From sequence record PQ122694.1: DNA of 39,582 bases, one strand, 5' to 3'. Positions within the stretch are counted from its first letter, which is position 1. Each line of letters begins with the position of its first letter. Origin of the DNA: Enterobacter phage vB_EholP_HHH. The translations under genes and the position numbers were made by a program. A model generated the notes under the pieces. It had not been told where the DNA came from and did no database searches. It saw only the letters and a list, made by a program, of their open reading frames with translations. Shown here piece after piece: positions 16,660-26,041 of this stretch.

Positions 16660-16824
16660 ATGCTACGAAAACTTAAGGCCCGATACCACAGGTTCATGTT
16701 CAAGTGGTGGAGTGAGGAGGCAGACTGCCTGTCCCGAATCCTAGGAGAGCAGCGCTTTGAGTCTGCTGCGTGGAAGCGAGCGAACCGAAAGTTCATGTAT
16801 CACTTCCTGCGTACCGACTACTAA
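16660..16824 (+). CDS. Hypothetical basic protein (54 aa; gene 4.3/4.5 position)
   Basis: SD is ACGGAGGGT. Sits between gene 4 and the next promoter. Confidence 0.4.
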   Translation: MLRKLKARYHRFMFKWWSEEADCLSRILGEQRFESAAWKRANRKFMYHFLRTDY

Positions 16825-16842
16825 GCTATCACTGTAGGATAG
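16820..16842 (+). promoter_or_regulatory. Phage RNAP promoter (variant TAAGCTATCACTGTAGGA)
   Basis: CTAAGCTATCACTGTAGGATAGA with +1 G at 16837. Confidence 0.55.
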
Positions 16843-16880
16843 ACTCAAGGTCATTCACTTCGAGTGGCCTTTATGATTAG
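16840..16880 (+). promoter_or_regulatory. Candidate RNase III site (R4.7-like), conserved structured element copy
   Basis: tagactcaaggtcattcacttcgagtggcctttatgattag has the same boxes as 269-316 and 9818-9861, with a variable paired centre. Confidence 0.45.
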
Positions 16881-16895
16881 ACTATAGGAGACATT

Positions 16896-19067
16896 ATGAT
16901 TGACTTACAGAACATCTGGGGTTCGGACATCGAGACCAACGGTCTTCTTGATACCGTCTCTCAGTTCCACTGTGGGGTCCTGATTAACGCCGAGTCGAAT
17001 GAGACCCTGAAGTACGGGGTAGCTCCGATGGTAGGTATCGTCGGTGGCTTCAAAGAGTATGTGCAGAAGGTCGAAGAGATTGCAGCCACACCGCATGGAC
17101 TTCTGGTCTTCCACAACGGGATTAACTATGACGTCCCGGCTATTGACATCCTGAAGCGTAAGTATTTTGGTAAGCGTTTCAACTTCCCGAAACACAAGAT
17201 GATTGACACGCTGGTCATGGGCCGCCTGATGTACCCGAACATTAAGTTCTCGGACATGGGTGCTGTGAAAGCTGGTCGTCTTCCGCCTAAGATGATGGGA
17301 CGACAGTCTCTTGAAGCATGGGGATACCGTCTCGGTGAGATGAAGGGTGAGTACAAGACCGATTACATTGCCAAGTGCAAGGCAGAAGGTATCGAATATA
17401 AGGCTGGTGACGAGTGGTTACTCCCAAGCCAAGAGATGCTGGACTATAACGTCCAAGACGTTGTGGTCACTCTGGCCCTGTTCAAGAAGTTCCTTACCGA
17501 CAAGTTCTACTTCGGGTCTCCTGAGGCCGGACTTGAGGCTGTGTACGCACTGCGTCTCGAACATGATGCTGCGTGGACATGCGCTAAGATGGAACGTAAC
17601 GGCTACCCGATGAACTCGGATATAGTCGAAGGCTTGTATCGTGAGCTATCAGTCAAACGTGCAGAGCTTTTGGATAAGCTGCGGTCAACGTTCGGTAGTT
17701 GGTATTCACCTAAGGGTGGCAAAGAGTTCTTCAAGCACCCACGAACCGGGGTAGACCTACCGAAATACCCGCGAGTCATCTACCCGAAGGTAGGGGCAAT
17801 CTTCAAGAAGCCGAAGAACAAAGCTCAGCGCTTAGGTCTGGAGCCTTGCGAACGAGACTCCCGCGATACGATGGAAGGTGCACCGTTCACACCGATTACC
17901 TTCGTTGAGTTCAATCCGGGGAGTGGCGACCACTTAGCTAAGGTTCTGATGGACCGGGGCTGGGAGCCTACTGAGTTCACGGATACAGGGAAGCCTAAGT
18001 GTGATGACGAAACTCTGGAACACGTTAAGCTTGCAGACCCAGAAGCTCAGGCTTGCGTAGAGCTGGTCCGTGAGTATCTGGTGGTCCAGAAGCGCATTGG
18101 TCAGGCGGCTGAAGGTAAGAACGCATGGCTTCGACTTGTGGGTCCTGACGGAAGGATGCACGGGTCGATTAACCCATGTGGTGCTGTAACCGGACGTGCG
18201 ACTCACAGTTCACCGAACATGGCTCAGGTCCCGGCTAACGGTGCTCCTTGGGGTGAAATCTGCCGAAGTGCTTTCGGTGCTCAGTGGAACAAGAACAACG
18301 GCAAGCCAGACCCGTGGATTCAAGTTGGGGTCGATGCCTCAGGCCTTGAACTCCGTTGTCTGGGGAACCGTGCGTCCCCGTTCGATGGGGGTGAATATGC
18401 GAAGACTGTGGTCGAGGGTGACATCCACTGGGCTAATGCGGTCAACGCCGGGTTAGCGCCTAACGTCCCACGCGACAAGTCTAACCACGACCACGACGCT
18501 TACCGTAACAACGCTAAGACGTTCATCTATGCGTTCCTGTATGGCGCAGGTGCCGCGAAGATTGGACTGATAGTTGGCGGTGGTAAGAAGGAAGGTTCGG
18601 CCCTGATGAAGAAATTCATTGAGGGTACACCAGCTATCAAGGACCTGCGAGAGGCTGTGCAGAACACGCTCATCTCTGAGTCCAAGTGGGTAGACGGTGA
18701 GAACATCGTGAAGTGGAAACGTCGCTGGCTGAAGGGTCTGGACGGTCGACGCATTCACATCCGGTCTCCACACTCAGCACTGAACGCATTACTTCAAGGT
18801 GATGGTGCGGTAGTCTGTAAGCACTGGATTGTCGAGACAGAACGTATGCTCGAAGAGGCCGGGTATGTCCACGGCTGGGAAGGAGACTTCGCGTATATGG
18901 CATGGGTTCACGACGAATTGCAGATTGCGTGTCGTACTCAGGAGATTGCCGAAGAAGTAGTCAAGATTGCTCAGCTTGCTATGCGTAAGGTGGGTGAGTT
19001 CTATAACTTTAAATGCGTCCTTGACACCGAAGGGAAGATTGGACCAACGTGGAAGGAGTGTCACTAA
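16896..19067 (+). CDS. gp5: DNA polymerase (T7 gp5-like)
   Basis: 3'-5' exo motifs (DIETNGL), pol A motifs (RDKSNHDHDAYRNNAKTFIYAFLYGAG; VHDELQ). 723 aa. Confidence 0.95.
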   Translation: MIDLQNIWGSDIETNGLLDTVSQFHCGVLINAESNETLKYGVAPMVGIVGGFKEYVQKVEEIAATPHGLLVFHNGINYDVPAIDILKRKYFGKRFNFPKHKMIDTLVMGRLMYPNIKFSDMGAVKAGRLPPKMMGRQSLEAWGYRLGEMKGEYKTDYIAKCKAEGIEYKAGDEWLLPSQEMLDYNVQDVVVTLALFKKFLTDKFYFGSPEAGLEAVYALRLEHDAAWTCAKMERNGYPMNSDIVEGLYRELSVKRAELLDKLRSTFGSWYSPKGGKEFFKHPRTGVDLPKYPRVIYPKVGAIFKKPKNKAQRLGLEPCERDSRDTMEGAPFTPITFVEFNPGSGDHLAKVLMDRGWEPTEFTDTGKPKCDDETLEHVKLADPEAQACVELVREYLVVQKRIGQAAEGKNAWLRLVGPDGRMHGSINPCGAVTGRATHSSPNMAQVPANGAPWGEICRSAFGAQWNKNNGKPDPWIQVGVDASGLELRCLGNRASPFDGGEYAKTVVEGDIHWANAVNAGLAPNVPRDKSNHDHDAYRNNAKTFIYAFLYGAGAAKIGLIVGGGKKEGSALMKKFIEGTPAIKDLREAVQNTLISESKWVDGENIVKWKRRWLKGLDGRRIHIRSPHSALNALLQGDGAVVCKHWIVETERMLEEAGYVHGWEGDFAYMAWVHDELQIACRTQEIAEEVVKIAQLAMRKVGEFYNFKCVLDTEGKIGPTWKECH

Positions 19068-19270
19068 TGGAGACTCGAATCATTGAGGAGACTCGGGGTG
19101 ATGGCGTCAAGCTCTACTGGGTTCAGGTACGGACCCGCTGGCTGGGCTTCAAGGTATGGCGTTACACAGATAATCGCCCGGACTACAGCCTAAAGGAGGC
19201 CAAACAGAGGGCTGACGGACTGAAGAAGACCCACCTTCGAAGCAAGGTTTTATCCACAAGAATCCTATAA
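19067..19270 (+). CDS. Hypothetical protein (67 aa; gene 5.3 position)
   Basis: ATG overlaps the gp5 stop (TAATG) and follows SD AAGGAG. The track start at 19049 overlaps gp5 and was rejected. Confidence 0.45.
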   Translation: METRIIEETRGDGVKLYWVQVRTRWLGFKVWRYTDNRPDYSLKEAKQRADGLKKTHLRSKVLSTRIL

Positions 19271-19281
19271 GGAGAAACATA

Positions 19282-19566
19282 ATGGCTATTACTAAACGTC
19301 TGACCTGTAAGTTTGACCTGAAGATTGTCTTTACGGCTGAGGACGTAGAGTCCTACTCTCGCGAGCTGGTAGAGATGACCAAAGGTTATGTCTCAGGTGA
19401 GAAGCAGAACGGCCTGACCCGCAAACTGGTGGAGACTGCTGTAGAGCATGGGGTCGAAGCTGCTATTGAGCTACACCTGAAGTCTGTGCTAGCGTCCAAG
19501 CTGAAAGATGAGATGCCGGAAGACGGGGCTACCCTCTCTAATATCAGCGTGGGGTTCAAGCAATGA
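19282..19566 (+). CDS. T7 gp5.5-like protein (H-NS binding family by position/size)
   Basis: 94 aa with N-terminus MAITKRLTCKFDLKIVFTAED (cf. T7 MAMTKRFKVSFDVTAKMSSD). Confidence 0.5.
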   Translation: MAITKRLTCKFDLKIVFTAEDVESYSRELVEMTKGYVSGEKQNGLTRKLVETAVEHGVEAAIELHLKSVLASKLKDEMPEDGATLSNISVGFKQ

Positions 19567-19772
19567 GTGAATACCTGCGGGTCCTTGCGGCCCTCAAGTC
19601 CTGCCCGAAGACCTTTCAGTCCAACTATGTGCGGAACAACGCTGCACTGGTGGCTGAGGCTGCGAGTCGCGGACATCTGAGCTGCCTGTCTATGGACGGG
19701 CGTAACAACGGTGCGTGGGAGATTACCGCTGATGGCGTTAAGTTCCTGAACCAACACGGAGGCTGTCTATGA
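19563..19772 (+). CDS. gp5.7: T7 gp5.7-like protein
   Basis: MSEYLRVLAALKSCPKTFQSNYVRNNAALVAEAASRGHLSCLSMDGRNNGAWEITADG is near-identical to T7 gp5.7. Confidence 0.75.
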   Translation: MSEYLRVLAALKSCPKTFQSNYVRNNAALVAEAASRGHLSCLSMDGRNNGAWEITADGVKFLNQHGGCL

Positions 19773-20044
19773 GCCAACAACCTTTGGATTTTCTGGGCCA
19801 ACCCATCGAAGTGGGCGACAAGTTCGTCTACGCTGAAGCTGGTGGTCGAGGCGGTACAATGGCGCTCCACTCTGGGGTCGTCACACGGATGACTGAGAAG
19901 CAGGTGCTGGTGGAGAAGACCCGCTGGGGCCAGACTTGGCGTCCATTTAACTGTATCGTCATTGTCAAGAAGTGCGGCCCAGACGAGGAGCCTCTTCTAG
20001 GAGCAACCTTAGCGATGGCTAAAGGAGGTCTGCGGGATGAGTGA
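19769..20044 (+). CDS. Hypothetical protein at gene 5.9 position (91 aa)
   Basis: T7 gp5.9 (RecBCD inhibitor) is 52 aa and acidic. This ORF is larger and unrelated by eye. Confidence 0.5.
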   Translation: MSQQPLDFLGQPIEVGDKFVYAEAGGRGGTMALHSGVVTRMTEKQVLVEKTRWGQTWRPFNCIVIVKKCGPDEEPLLGATLAMAKGGLRDE

Positions 20045-20903
20045 CAAGAAGATAGCTCTGGTTCTGGATGGTGACTATCTGGTCTTCTCTTCTATGGCTG
20101 CTGCCGAGGACGAGACAGACTGGGGTGAGGGCATCTGGACACTTATCTGCGACCACGAGAAGGCCCGTCGTATCCTCGAGAACACCATCGCTGAAATCGT
20201 TAAGAAGCGCAAGGCGTGGAAAGACGCTAAGATTGTTATGTGCTTTACTGACGATAATAACTGGCGTAAGGACGTACTTCCTACCTATAAGGCCAACCGT
20301 AAAGGTTCTCGCAAGCCTGTAGGGTACAAGAAGTTCGTGGCCGAAGTGATGGCTGACCCACGGTTCAACAGCTTCCTGCGTCCTACGCTTGAGGGTGATG
20401 ATTGTATGGGCATCATCGGGACCAGACCTCAGATTGTTGGGTGCGACCATGCGGTTCTGGTGTCCTGTGATAAGGACTTCAAGACCATCCCGAACTGTGA
20501 GTTCTTCTGGTTAACCACTGGTGAAATCCTGAGTCATACGACTGCTGAGGCAGACTACTGGCACATGGAGCAGACCATCAAGGGTGATACTACAGATGGC
20601 TACGGTGGCATTCCGGGGATGGGTGAGGATACCACTCGTGCGTTCCTTGACGAGCCGTACTACTTCGTGCAGGAGAGCCGCGAGCTTAAGACTGGCAAGA
20701 ACAAAGGCCAGATTAAGACTGAGTGGAAGAAGTATCCGAAGCGTGAAGACATGACGCTGTGGGACTGCATGGTGACTCTGGCTGAGAAAGCTGGGATGAC
20801 CGAACAGGAACTGCTGGTCCAAGCTCAGGTCGCTCGTATTTGTCGAGCCTCCGACTATGACCCTAAGTCAAAGGAGGTCATCCTGTGGACACCATCCATG
20901 TAA
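20037..20903 (+). CDS. gp6: 5'-3' exonuclease (T7 gp6-like)
   Basis: FEN/PIN-like N-terminus (LVLDGDYLVFS, FTDDNNWRKDVLPTYKANR), GYGGIPGMGE helix-hairpin-helix. 288 aa. Confidence 0.9.
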   Translation: MSDKKIALVLDGDYLVFSSMAAAEDETDWGEGIWTLICDHEKARRILENTIAEIVKKRKAWKDAKIVMCFTDDNNWRKDVLPTYKANRKGSRKPVGYKKFVAEVMADPRFNSFLRPTLEGDDCMGIIGTRPQIVGCDHAVLVSCDKDFKTIPNCEFFWLTTGEILSHTTAEADYWHMEQTIKGDTTDGYGGIPGMGEDTTRAFLDEPYYFVQESRELKTGKNKGQIKTEWKKYPKREDMTLWDCMVTLAEKAGMTEQELLVQAQVARICRASDYDPKSKEVILWTPSM

Positions 20904-21028
20904 TCTACTGGGCCGGACTTCTGGCCCTTTACTGCATGTACAAGTGGTTCGGGTCGAACAACCGTCCTAAACACTGAGTATAACCGATAGTCATATCCCA
21001 TCAATCCAACAGTCATCCATAGGTGAAA

Positions 21029-21051
21029 CACTAAACTATCACTATAGGGAC
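21029..21051 (+). promoter_or_regulatory. Phage RNAP promoter (phi6.5-like)
   Basis: CACTAAACTATCACTATAGGGAC with +1 G at 21046. Confidence 0.75.
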
Positions 21052-21113
21052 TTTAGGACCTAAGATATGACTATAAGATAGACTTTAGTCTTAACTTAAA
21101 GAGGAGATTCAAG

Positions 21114-21386
21114 GTGGCGATTAATGCTATTGAAAACGTTGTTAAGCAGTTACAGGAAGAAAGACTTGATGTCCCGAACATCTCCCAGTCTGCCATCCAG
21201 TTCCTGCACGTATTGTTCAACGCAAGCTACGCTGAGAAGATGGGAGCTATCAGTCTCCTAAAGCAGCAGGGCTACAGCGATGCGTTCATTGCCGGGTTTA
21301 TCAAGGGTCTCCAGTATTGCTCTGACACTCTCGACTCTGCGATTGCTATGCGTCGTGAGCTGAAAGATACCGTTCAGTTCGATTAA
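21114..21386 (+). CDS. T7 gene 6.5-position protein (90 aa)
   Basis: GTG start 7 nt after GAGGAG. Same position and size class as T7 gp6.5. Confidence 0.5.
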   Translation: MAINAIENVVKQLQEERLDVPNISQSAIQFLHVLFNASYAEKMGAISLLKQQGYSDAFIAGFIKGLQYCSDTLDSAIAMRRELKDTVQFD

Positions 21387-21400
21387 CTGTAGGAGGGACT

Positions 21401-21625
21401 ATGTGTTTCAGTCCGAAGATTAGCACTCAGAAGCCTTCGGTCCAAGCACCTGAACCAGCACCTCTGAGTGAGGAAGTTGCGTCAGTTGACATCGGGGCTG
21501 AATCGGATGTGGACACCAACGAGACCAAAGGTATCAAAGACCTGAAGGTCAAGAAGGAGTCTGCACCTAAAGATAAATCGTCAGTTAGTCGCGCTATGCG
21601 AGCCTCTGGCGTCAACATGGGGTAA
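21401..21625 (+). CDS. gp6.7: Virion protein gp6.7-like
   Basis: MCFSPKI...EPAPL..EV.SV resembles the T7 gp6.7 N-terminus (MCFSPKIKTPK...VEPAPLTQEVSSV). Confidence 0.7.
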   Translation: MCFSPKISTQKPSVQAPEPAPLSEEVASVDIGAESDVDTNETKGIKDLKVKKESAPKDKSSVSRAMRASGVNMG

Positions 21626-21629
21626 GACA

Positions 21630-22034
21630 ATGCTACCATATCTCAAATCACGCGAAGGTCGCCACATGTGCGCTTGTCGCCTCTGGGAAGACGGGCAGTC
21701 TAACTTCAAGTCATTCGAGGACTTCAAGGCTCATACTTACCGTATGGCTGACGAGTTCGACGGTGAAGAGTACACAATCTACGATGTCTCAGGTCAACCA
21801 GTAGCGTATCTCTACATGCTGGCTACCGCATCTTGGCACCGACCGACTCCCGGTCTTGACCTTTCAATCGTAGCTATTCGTCGTGACTCACAGTCCTCCC
21901 GCAAGGTTCTTGAGACTGTCAGGCACATCATAGACGAAGAGTGCAAGCGTTGGGGTCTTGACTGGTATTCTCGTGTCAAGCATGTTTCAGGGTCGGTAGA
22001 CATCGTAACAACCAAGGAGATTAACCGTGGGTAA
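21630..22034 (+). CDS. gp7-like virion/host-range protein (134 aa)
   Basis: Position and size match T7 gp7 (133 aa). Confidence 0.5.
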   Translation: MLPYLKSREGRHMCACRLWEDGQSNFKSFEDFKAHTYRMADEFDGEEYTIYDVSGQPVAYLYMLATASWHRPTPGLDLSIVAIRRDSQSSRKVLETVRHIIDEECKRWGLDWYSRVKHVSGSVDIVTTKEINRG

Positions 22035-22275
22035 ATCAATCAGTAAGGCTTTCAAGAAAGTGGTGAACAGTGCGTTAGGGACCGTTGGTCTTGGCTCTGA
22101 CGATGCGCCTAAGGTTGCTGAGGCTCCGACCCCAGCAGCACCAGTGGAAGTACCGAACGACCAAGTGGAAGATGTGGATACCGAAGCTACTGCATCTGAC
22201 GAGAAGAAGGTGAAGCGTTCCGGTAAGCGTGGACTTCAGGTCTCTCGTACCTCTGGTGGCGGTATTTCTATTTAA
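22027..22275 (+). CDS. gp7.3: Tail protein gp7.3-like
   Basis: MGK..KK..K.V N-terminus and C-terminus ..RSGKRGLQVSRTSGGGISI (T7 gp7.3 ends ..SLSVARSSGGGINI). Confidence 0.7.
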   Translation: MGKSISKAFKKVVNSALGTVGLGSDDAPKVAEAPTPAAPVEVPNDQVEDVDTEATASDEKKVKRSGKRGLQVSRTSGGGISI

Positions 22276-22286
22276 GGAGGTGACGA

Positions 22287-23855
22287 ATGGCTGAACGTGA
22301 AGGGTTCGCTGCTGAAGGAGCCAAAGCGGTCTATGACCGACTGAAGAACGGTAGACAGCCATATGAGACACGCGCTCAGAACTGTGCTGCTGTCACTATC
22401 CCGTCACTGTTTCCTAAGGAGTCCGACAACTCGTCCACGGAATACGTGACTCCGTGGCAAGCTGTAGGTGCTCGCTGCTTGAACAACTTGGCTGCAAAGC
22501 TGATGTTGGCGTTATTCCCTCAGTCACCGTGGATGCGACTGACAGTCTCCGAATATGAGGCCAAGACCTTGAGTCAGGACTCAGAGGCTGCTGCGCGTGT
22601 TGACGAAGGGCTTGCTATGGTCGAGCGCGTGTTGATGGCCTACATGGAGACTAACAGTTTCCGTGTGCCATTGTTCGAAGCTCTGAAGCAGCTTATCGTC
22701 TCCGGTAACTGTCTGCTCTACATTCCAGAGCCTGAACAGGGAACTTACAGTCCTATGCGTATGTACCGCTTAGTGTCCTACGTTGTTCAACGTGATGCTT
22801 TCGGTAATATCTTGCAGATTGTGACTCTCGACAAGGTAGCGTTTAGTGCTCTACCGGAAGACGTGAAGTCTCAACTAAACGCAGACGACTATGAGCCTGA
22901 CACCGAGCTGGAAGTGTATACGCACATCTACCGTCAGGACGACGAGTATCTGCGCTACGAGGAAGTTGAAGGCATTGAGGTAGCAGGGACCGATGGTTCT
23001 TACCCACTGACTGCCTGTCCGTACATCCCGGTACGAATGGTTCGACTGGATGGTGAAGACTATGGTCGTTCTTACTGCGAGGAGTATCTGGGGGACCTGA
23101 ACTCGCTGGAGACGATTACAGAAGCTATCACCAAAATGGCTAAGGTAGCCTCCAAGGTGGTGGGCCTCGTTAACCCGAACGGTATCACGCAACCTCGTCG
23201 TCTGAACAAGGCGGCTACAGGTGAGTTCGTGGCTGGTCGCGTTGAGGACATCAACTTCCTGCAACTGACGAAAGGTCAGGACTTTACGATTGCCAAGTCG
23301 GTGGCTGACGCTATCGAGCAACGTTTAGGCTGGGCCTTCCTTCTTAATAGTGCTGTTCAGCGTAATGCTGAGCGAGTGACTGCTGAAGAGATTCGTTATG
23401 TTGCTGGAGAACTGGAGGCGACCTTAGGTGGCGTGTACTCAGTGCAGTCACAAGAGCTTCAGTTACCTATCGTCCGTGTGCTGATGAACCAACTTCAGTC
23501 TGCTGGCATGATTCCTGACCTTCCGAAAGAAGCGGTAGAGCCTACTGTCTCCACAGGTCTGGAAGCTCTGGGCCGTGGTCAGGACTTGGAGAAGCTGACT
23601 CAGGCAGTTAACATGATGACTGGTCTTCAGCCGCTATCTCAGGACCCGGACATCAACTTGCCGACCCTTAAGCTGCGACTCCTGAACGCTCTGGGTATCG
23701 ACACAGCTGGCCTACTCCTGACGCAAGACGAGAAGATTCAGCGCATGGCTGAGCAGTCGTCTCAACAGGCAGTTGTCCAAGGTGCTAGTGCTGCTGGTGC
23801 TAACATGGGTGCTGCTGTGGGTCAGGGAGCTGGTGAGGACATGGCTCAAGCCTAA
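22287..23855 (+). CDS. gp8: Head-tail connector / portal protein (T7 gp8-like)
   Basis: 522 aa with strong SD TAAGGAGGTGACGAATG. Acidic/Gln-rich C-terminus typical of T7 portal. Stop lies inside the phi9 promoter. Confidence 0.95.
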   Translation: MAEREGFAAEGAKAVYDRLKNGRQPYETRAQNCAAVTIPSLFPKESDNSSTEYVTPWQAVGARCLNNLAAKLMLALFPQSPWMRLTVSEYEAKTLSQDSEAAARVDEGLAMVERVLMAYMETNSFRVPLFEALKQLIVSGNCLLYIPEPEQGTYSPMRMYRLVSYVVQRDAFGNILQIVTLDKVAFSALPEDVKSQLNADDYEPDTELEVYTHIYRQDDEYLRYEEVEGIEVAGTDGSYPLTACPYIPVRMVRLDGEDYGRSYCEEYLGDLNSLETITEAITKMAKVASKVVGLVNPNGITQPRRLNKAATGEFVAGRVEDINFLQLTKGQDFTIAKSVADAIEQRLGWAFLLNSAVQRNAERVTAEEIRYVAGELEATLGGVYSVQSQELQLPIVRVLMNQLQSAGMIPDLPKEAVEPTVSTGLEALGRGQDLEKLTQAVNMMTGLQPLSQDPDINLPTLKLRLLNALGIDTAGLLLTQDEKIQRMAEQSSQQAVVQGASAAGANMGAAVGQGAGEDMAQA

Positions 23856-23873
23856 ACTATCACTATAGGAACA
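23851..23873 (+). promoter_or_regulatory. Phage RNAP promoter (phi9-like)
   Basis: CCTAAACTATCACTATAGGAACA with +1 G at 23868. Confidence 0.75.
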
Positions 23874-23962
23874 ACACAACTTGAGTGAGTGAACGCATGG
23901 CCAGCCGTAATGGGAGGGCAGGTTGTTGTGTTTCCTATTAACTACCAAAGGAGAATGACTCA

Positions 23963-24847
23963 ATGTCTCAATCAGTTTATGCCGAGTTCGGCGTTAGCTC
24001 TAATGCAATCACTGGTTCCGTTGAGGACCTGAACGAACACCAGAAGTCTATGCTTGAACAGGACGTAGCTGTTCGTGATGGCGATGACGCTATTACCTTC
24101 AAGCAACTGGAAGCCGAAAACGAAGAGGCGTCCGAAGAAGACGAGAACGTCGAAGAGACTGAAGGTGAAGAAGACCACGAGTCAGATGATGAAGAGTCTG
24201 AGACAGATGGTGAGCAGCCTGAGTTCATTGAACTGGGTGATGCACCGAAAGAGCTGACCGAAAGTGTCACCGCTCTGGATGAAAACGAAGCTGCATTCGA
24301 CGACATGGTGTCTTCTGCTGTAGAAGCTGGCAAGGTCACTGCTGATGAAATTACCGCTATCAAGGCTGAATACGCCAAGGACGGTAAGCTGTCTGACGCA
24401 TCCTACGCTAAGTTGCAGGAGGCAGGTTATACAAAGCGTTTCGTAGATTCGTTTGTCCGTGGTCAGGAAGCTCTGGCTGAACAGTATGCTGCTGGTGTGG
24501 TTCGCTACGCTGGTGGTGCTGAACAGTTTAATCGAATCCTGTCACACCTTGAGTCCAACGACCCGTCAACTCGTGAAGCACTGGAAGCTGCTATCGTTCG
24601 TAAGGACATTGCGACTACCAAAGCTCTGCTGAATCTGGCTGGCAAGACTCTGGGTAAAGCTGTAGGCGTTAAACCTCAGCGTACAATCACCAATCAGGCT
24701 AAACCTGTGGTCGCACCTAAGGCTCCTCAGGCCGAAGCATTCATCTCTAAGTCCGACATGATTAAGGCTATGAGTGACCCGCGATACCTGCGTGACGCTA
24801 AGTACACGATGGAAGTTCGCGCTAAGGTAGCTGCCTCAAGTCTGTAG
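23963..24847 (+). CDS. gp9: Capsid assembly scaffolding protein (T7 gp9-like)
   Basis: 294 aa, highly acidic (EEDENVEETEGEEDHESDDEESETDGEQPEF), with SD CAAAGGAGAATGA. Confidence 0.85.
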   Translation: MSQSVYAEFGVSSNAITGSVEDLNEHQKSMLEQDVAVRDGDDAITFKQLEAENEEASEEDENVEETEGEEDHESDDEESETDGEQPEFIELGDAPKELTESVTALDENEAAFDDMVSSAVEAGKVTADEITAIKAEYAKDGKLSDASYAKLQEAGYTKRFVDSFVRGQEALAEQYAAGVVRYAGGAEQFNRILSHLESNDPSTREALEAAIVRKDIATTKALLNLAGKTLGKAVGVKPQRTITNQAKPVVAPKAPQAEAFISKSDMIKAMSDPRYLRDAKYTMEVRAKVAASSL

Positions 24848-24848
24848 G

Positions 24849-24871
24849 ACTAAACTATCACTATAGGGAGA
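24849..24871 (+). promoter_or_regulatory. Phage RNAP promoter (phi10-like, best match to family consensus)
   Basis: ACTAAACTATCACTATAGGGAGA with +1 G at 24866. Followed by a 5' leader hairpin (GGGAGACCA...TGGCTCCC; cacgacc-aaa-ggttgtg). Confidence 0.8.
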
Positions 24872-24991
24872 CCATTCAGCCCACGACCAAAGGTTGTGAC
24901 TCAAAGTGGCTCCCTATTACTTCAGTCCATACGGATTGGGCGCACAGTAAGTAATAAACTTTATCTTTCAATTGAATAGGAGAATTATCAT

Positions 24992-26041
24992 ATGGCAAAC
25001 GTTCCGGGTCAGAAAGTTGGTACAGACCAAGGTAAAGGCAAATCTGGTTCCGACGCTCTGGCGTTGTTCCTGAAGGTCTTTGCTGGTGAAGTCCTGACCG
25101 CATTCACTCGCCGCTCTGTAACTGCTGACAAGCATATTGTCCGTACAATTCAGAACGGTAAGTCTGCTCAGTTCCCGGTCATGGGTCGCACCTCTGGTGT
25201 GTATCTGGCTCCGGGTGAGCGACTGTCCGATAAGCGTAAAGGTATCAAACATACCGAGAAAGTGATTACCATTGATGGTCTGCTGACTGCCGATGTGATG
25301 ATTTTCGACATTGAAGACGCGATGAACCACTATGACGTGGCTGGCGAGTATTCCAACCAGTTGGGTGAAGCTCTGGCTATCGCTGCCGATGGTGCGGTTC
25401 TGGCTGAAATGGCTATCCTGTGTAACCTCCCGGCTGCATCCGACGAGAACATCGCTGGTCTTGGCAAGGCGTCCGTACTGGAAGTTGGTACTAAAGCTGA
25501 CCTGAACACTCCAGCTAAACTGGGTGAAGCAATCATCGGTCAACTGACAATCGCTCGCGCGAAGCTGACCTCCAACTACGTACCTGCTGGCGACCGTTAC
25601 TTCTACACCACGCCTGACAACTACTCTGCGATTCTGGCTGCTCTGATGCCTAACGCTGCTAACTACGCTGCGCTGATTGACCCTGAGACGGGCAACATCC
25701 GTAACGTAATGGGCTTCGTTGTGGTTGAGGTTCCGCACCTGACTCAGGGCGGCGCTGGTGAGACTCGTGGTGACGATGGTATCTCCATTGCTTCTGGTCA
25801 GAAACACGCATTCCCGGCGACCTCCAGCTCTACCGTTAAGGTTGCTCTGGACAACGTTGTGGGCCTGTTCTCTCACCGTTCTGCTGTTGGTACTGTTAAG
25901 CTGCGGGACTTGGCGCTGGAACGTGACCGCGACGTCGATGCTCAGGGCGACCTGATTGTCGGTAAGTACGCTATGGGTCACGGCGGTCTGCGTCCAGAAG
26001 CGGCAGGCGCACTGGTTTTCACAGCAGCGTCAGCGGGCTAA
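24992..26041 (+). CDS. gp10A: Major capsid protein 10A (T7 gp10A-like)
   Basis: 349 aa (T7 10A is 345 aa) with SD AATAGGAGAAT. Downstream of the strongest promoter and leader hairpin. Confidence 0.95.
   Translation: MANVPGQKVGTDQGKGKSGSDALALFLKVFAGEVLTAFTRRSVTADKHIVRTIQNGKSAQFPVMGRTSGVYLAPGERLSDKRKGIKHTEKVITIDGLLTADVMIFDIEDAMNHYDVAGEYSNQLGEALAIAADGAVLAEMAILCNLPAASDENIAGLGKASVLEVGTKADLNTPAKLGEAIIGQLTIARAKLTSNYVPAGDRYFYTTPDNYSAILAALMPNAANYAALIDPETGNIRNVMGFVVVEVPHLTQGGAGETRGDDGISIASGQKHAFPATSSSTVKVALDNVVGLFSHRSAVGTVKLRDLALERDRDVDAQGDLIVGKYAMGHGGLRPEAAGALVFTAASAG

Noticed and set aside
20907-20927. GC-rich hairpin (gggccggacttctggccc) after gene 6 as a terminator
   Set aside because: No U-tract follows, and T7-like phages do not terminate here. 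At most a minor RNA structure.
24968-25981. 337-aa ORF on the minus strand antisense to the major capsid gene (and all other minus-strand ORFs in the track)
   Set aside because: T7-like genomes are transcribed entirely left to right. This ORF lies antisense to a highly conserved, highly expressed gene, has no promoter or SD, and its translation is low-complexity (Ser/Val/Arg-rich). It is a typical shadow ORF.
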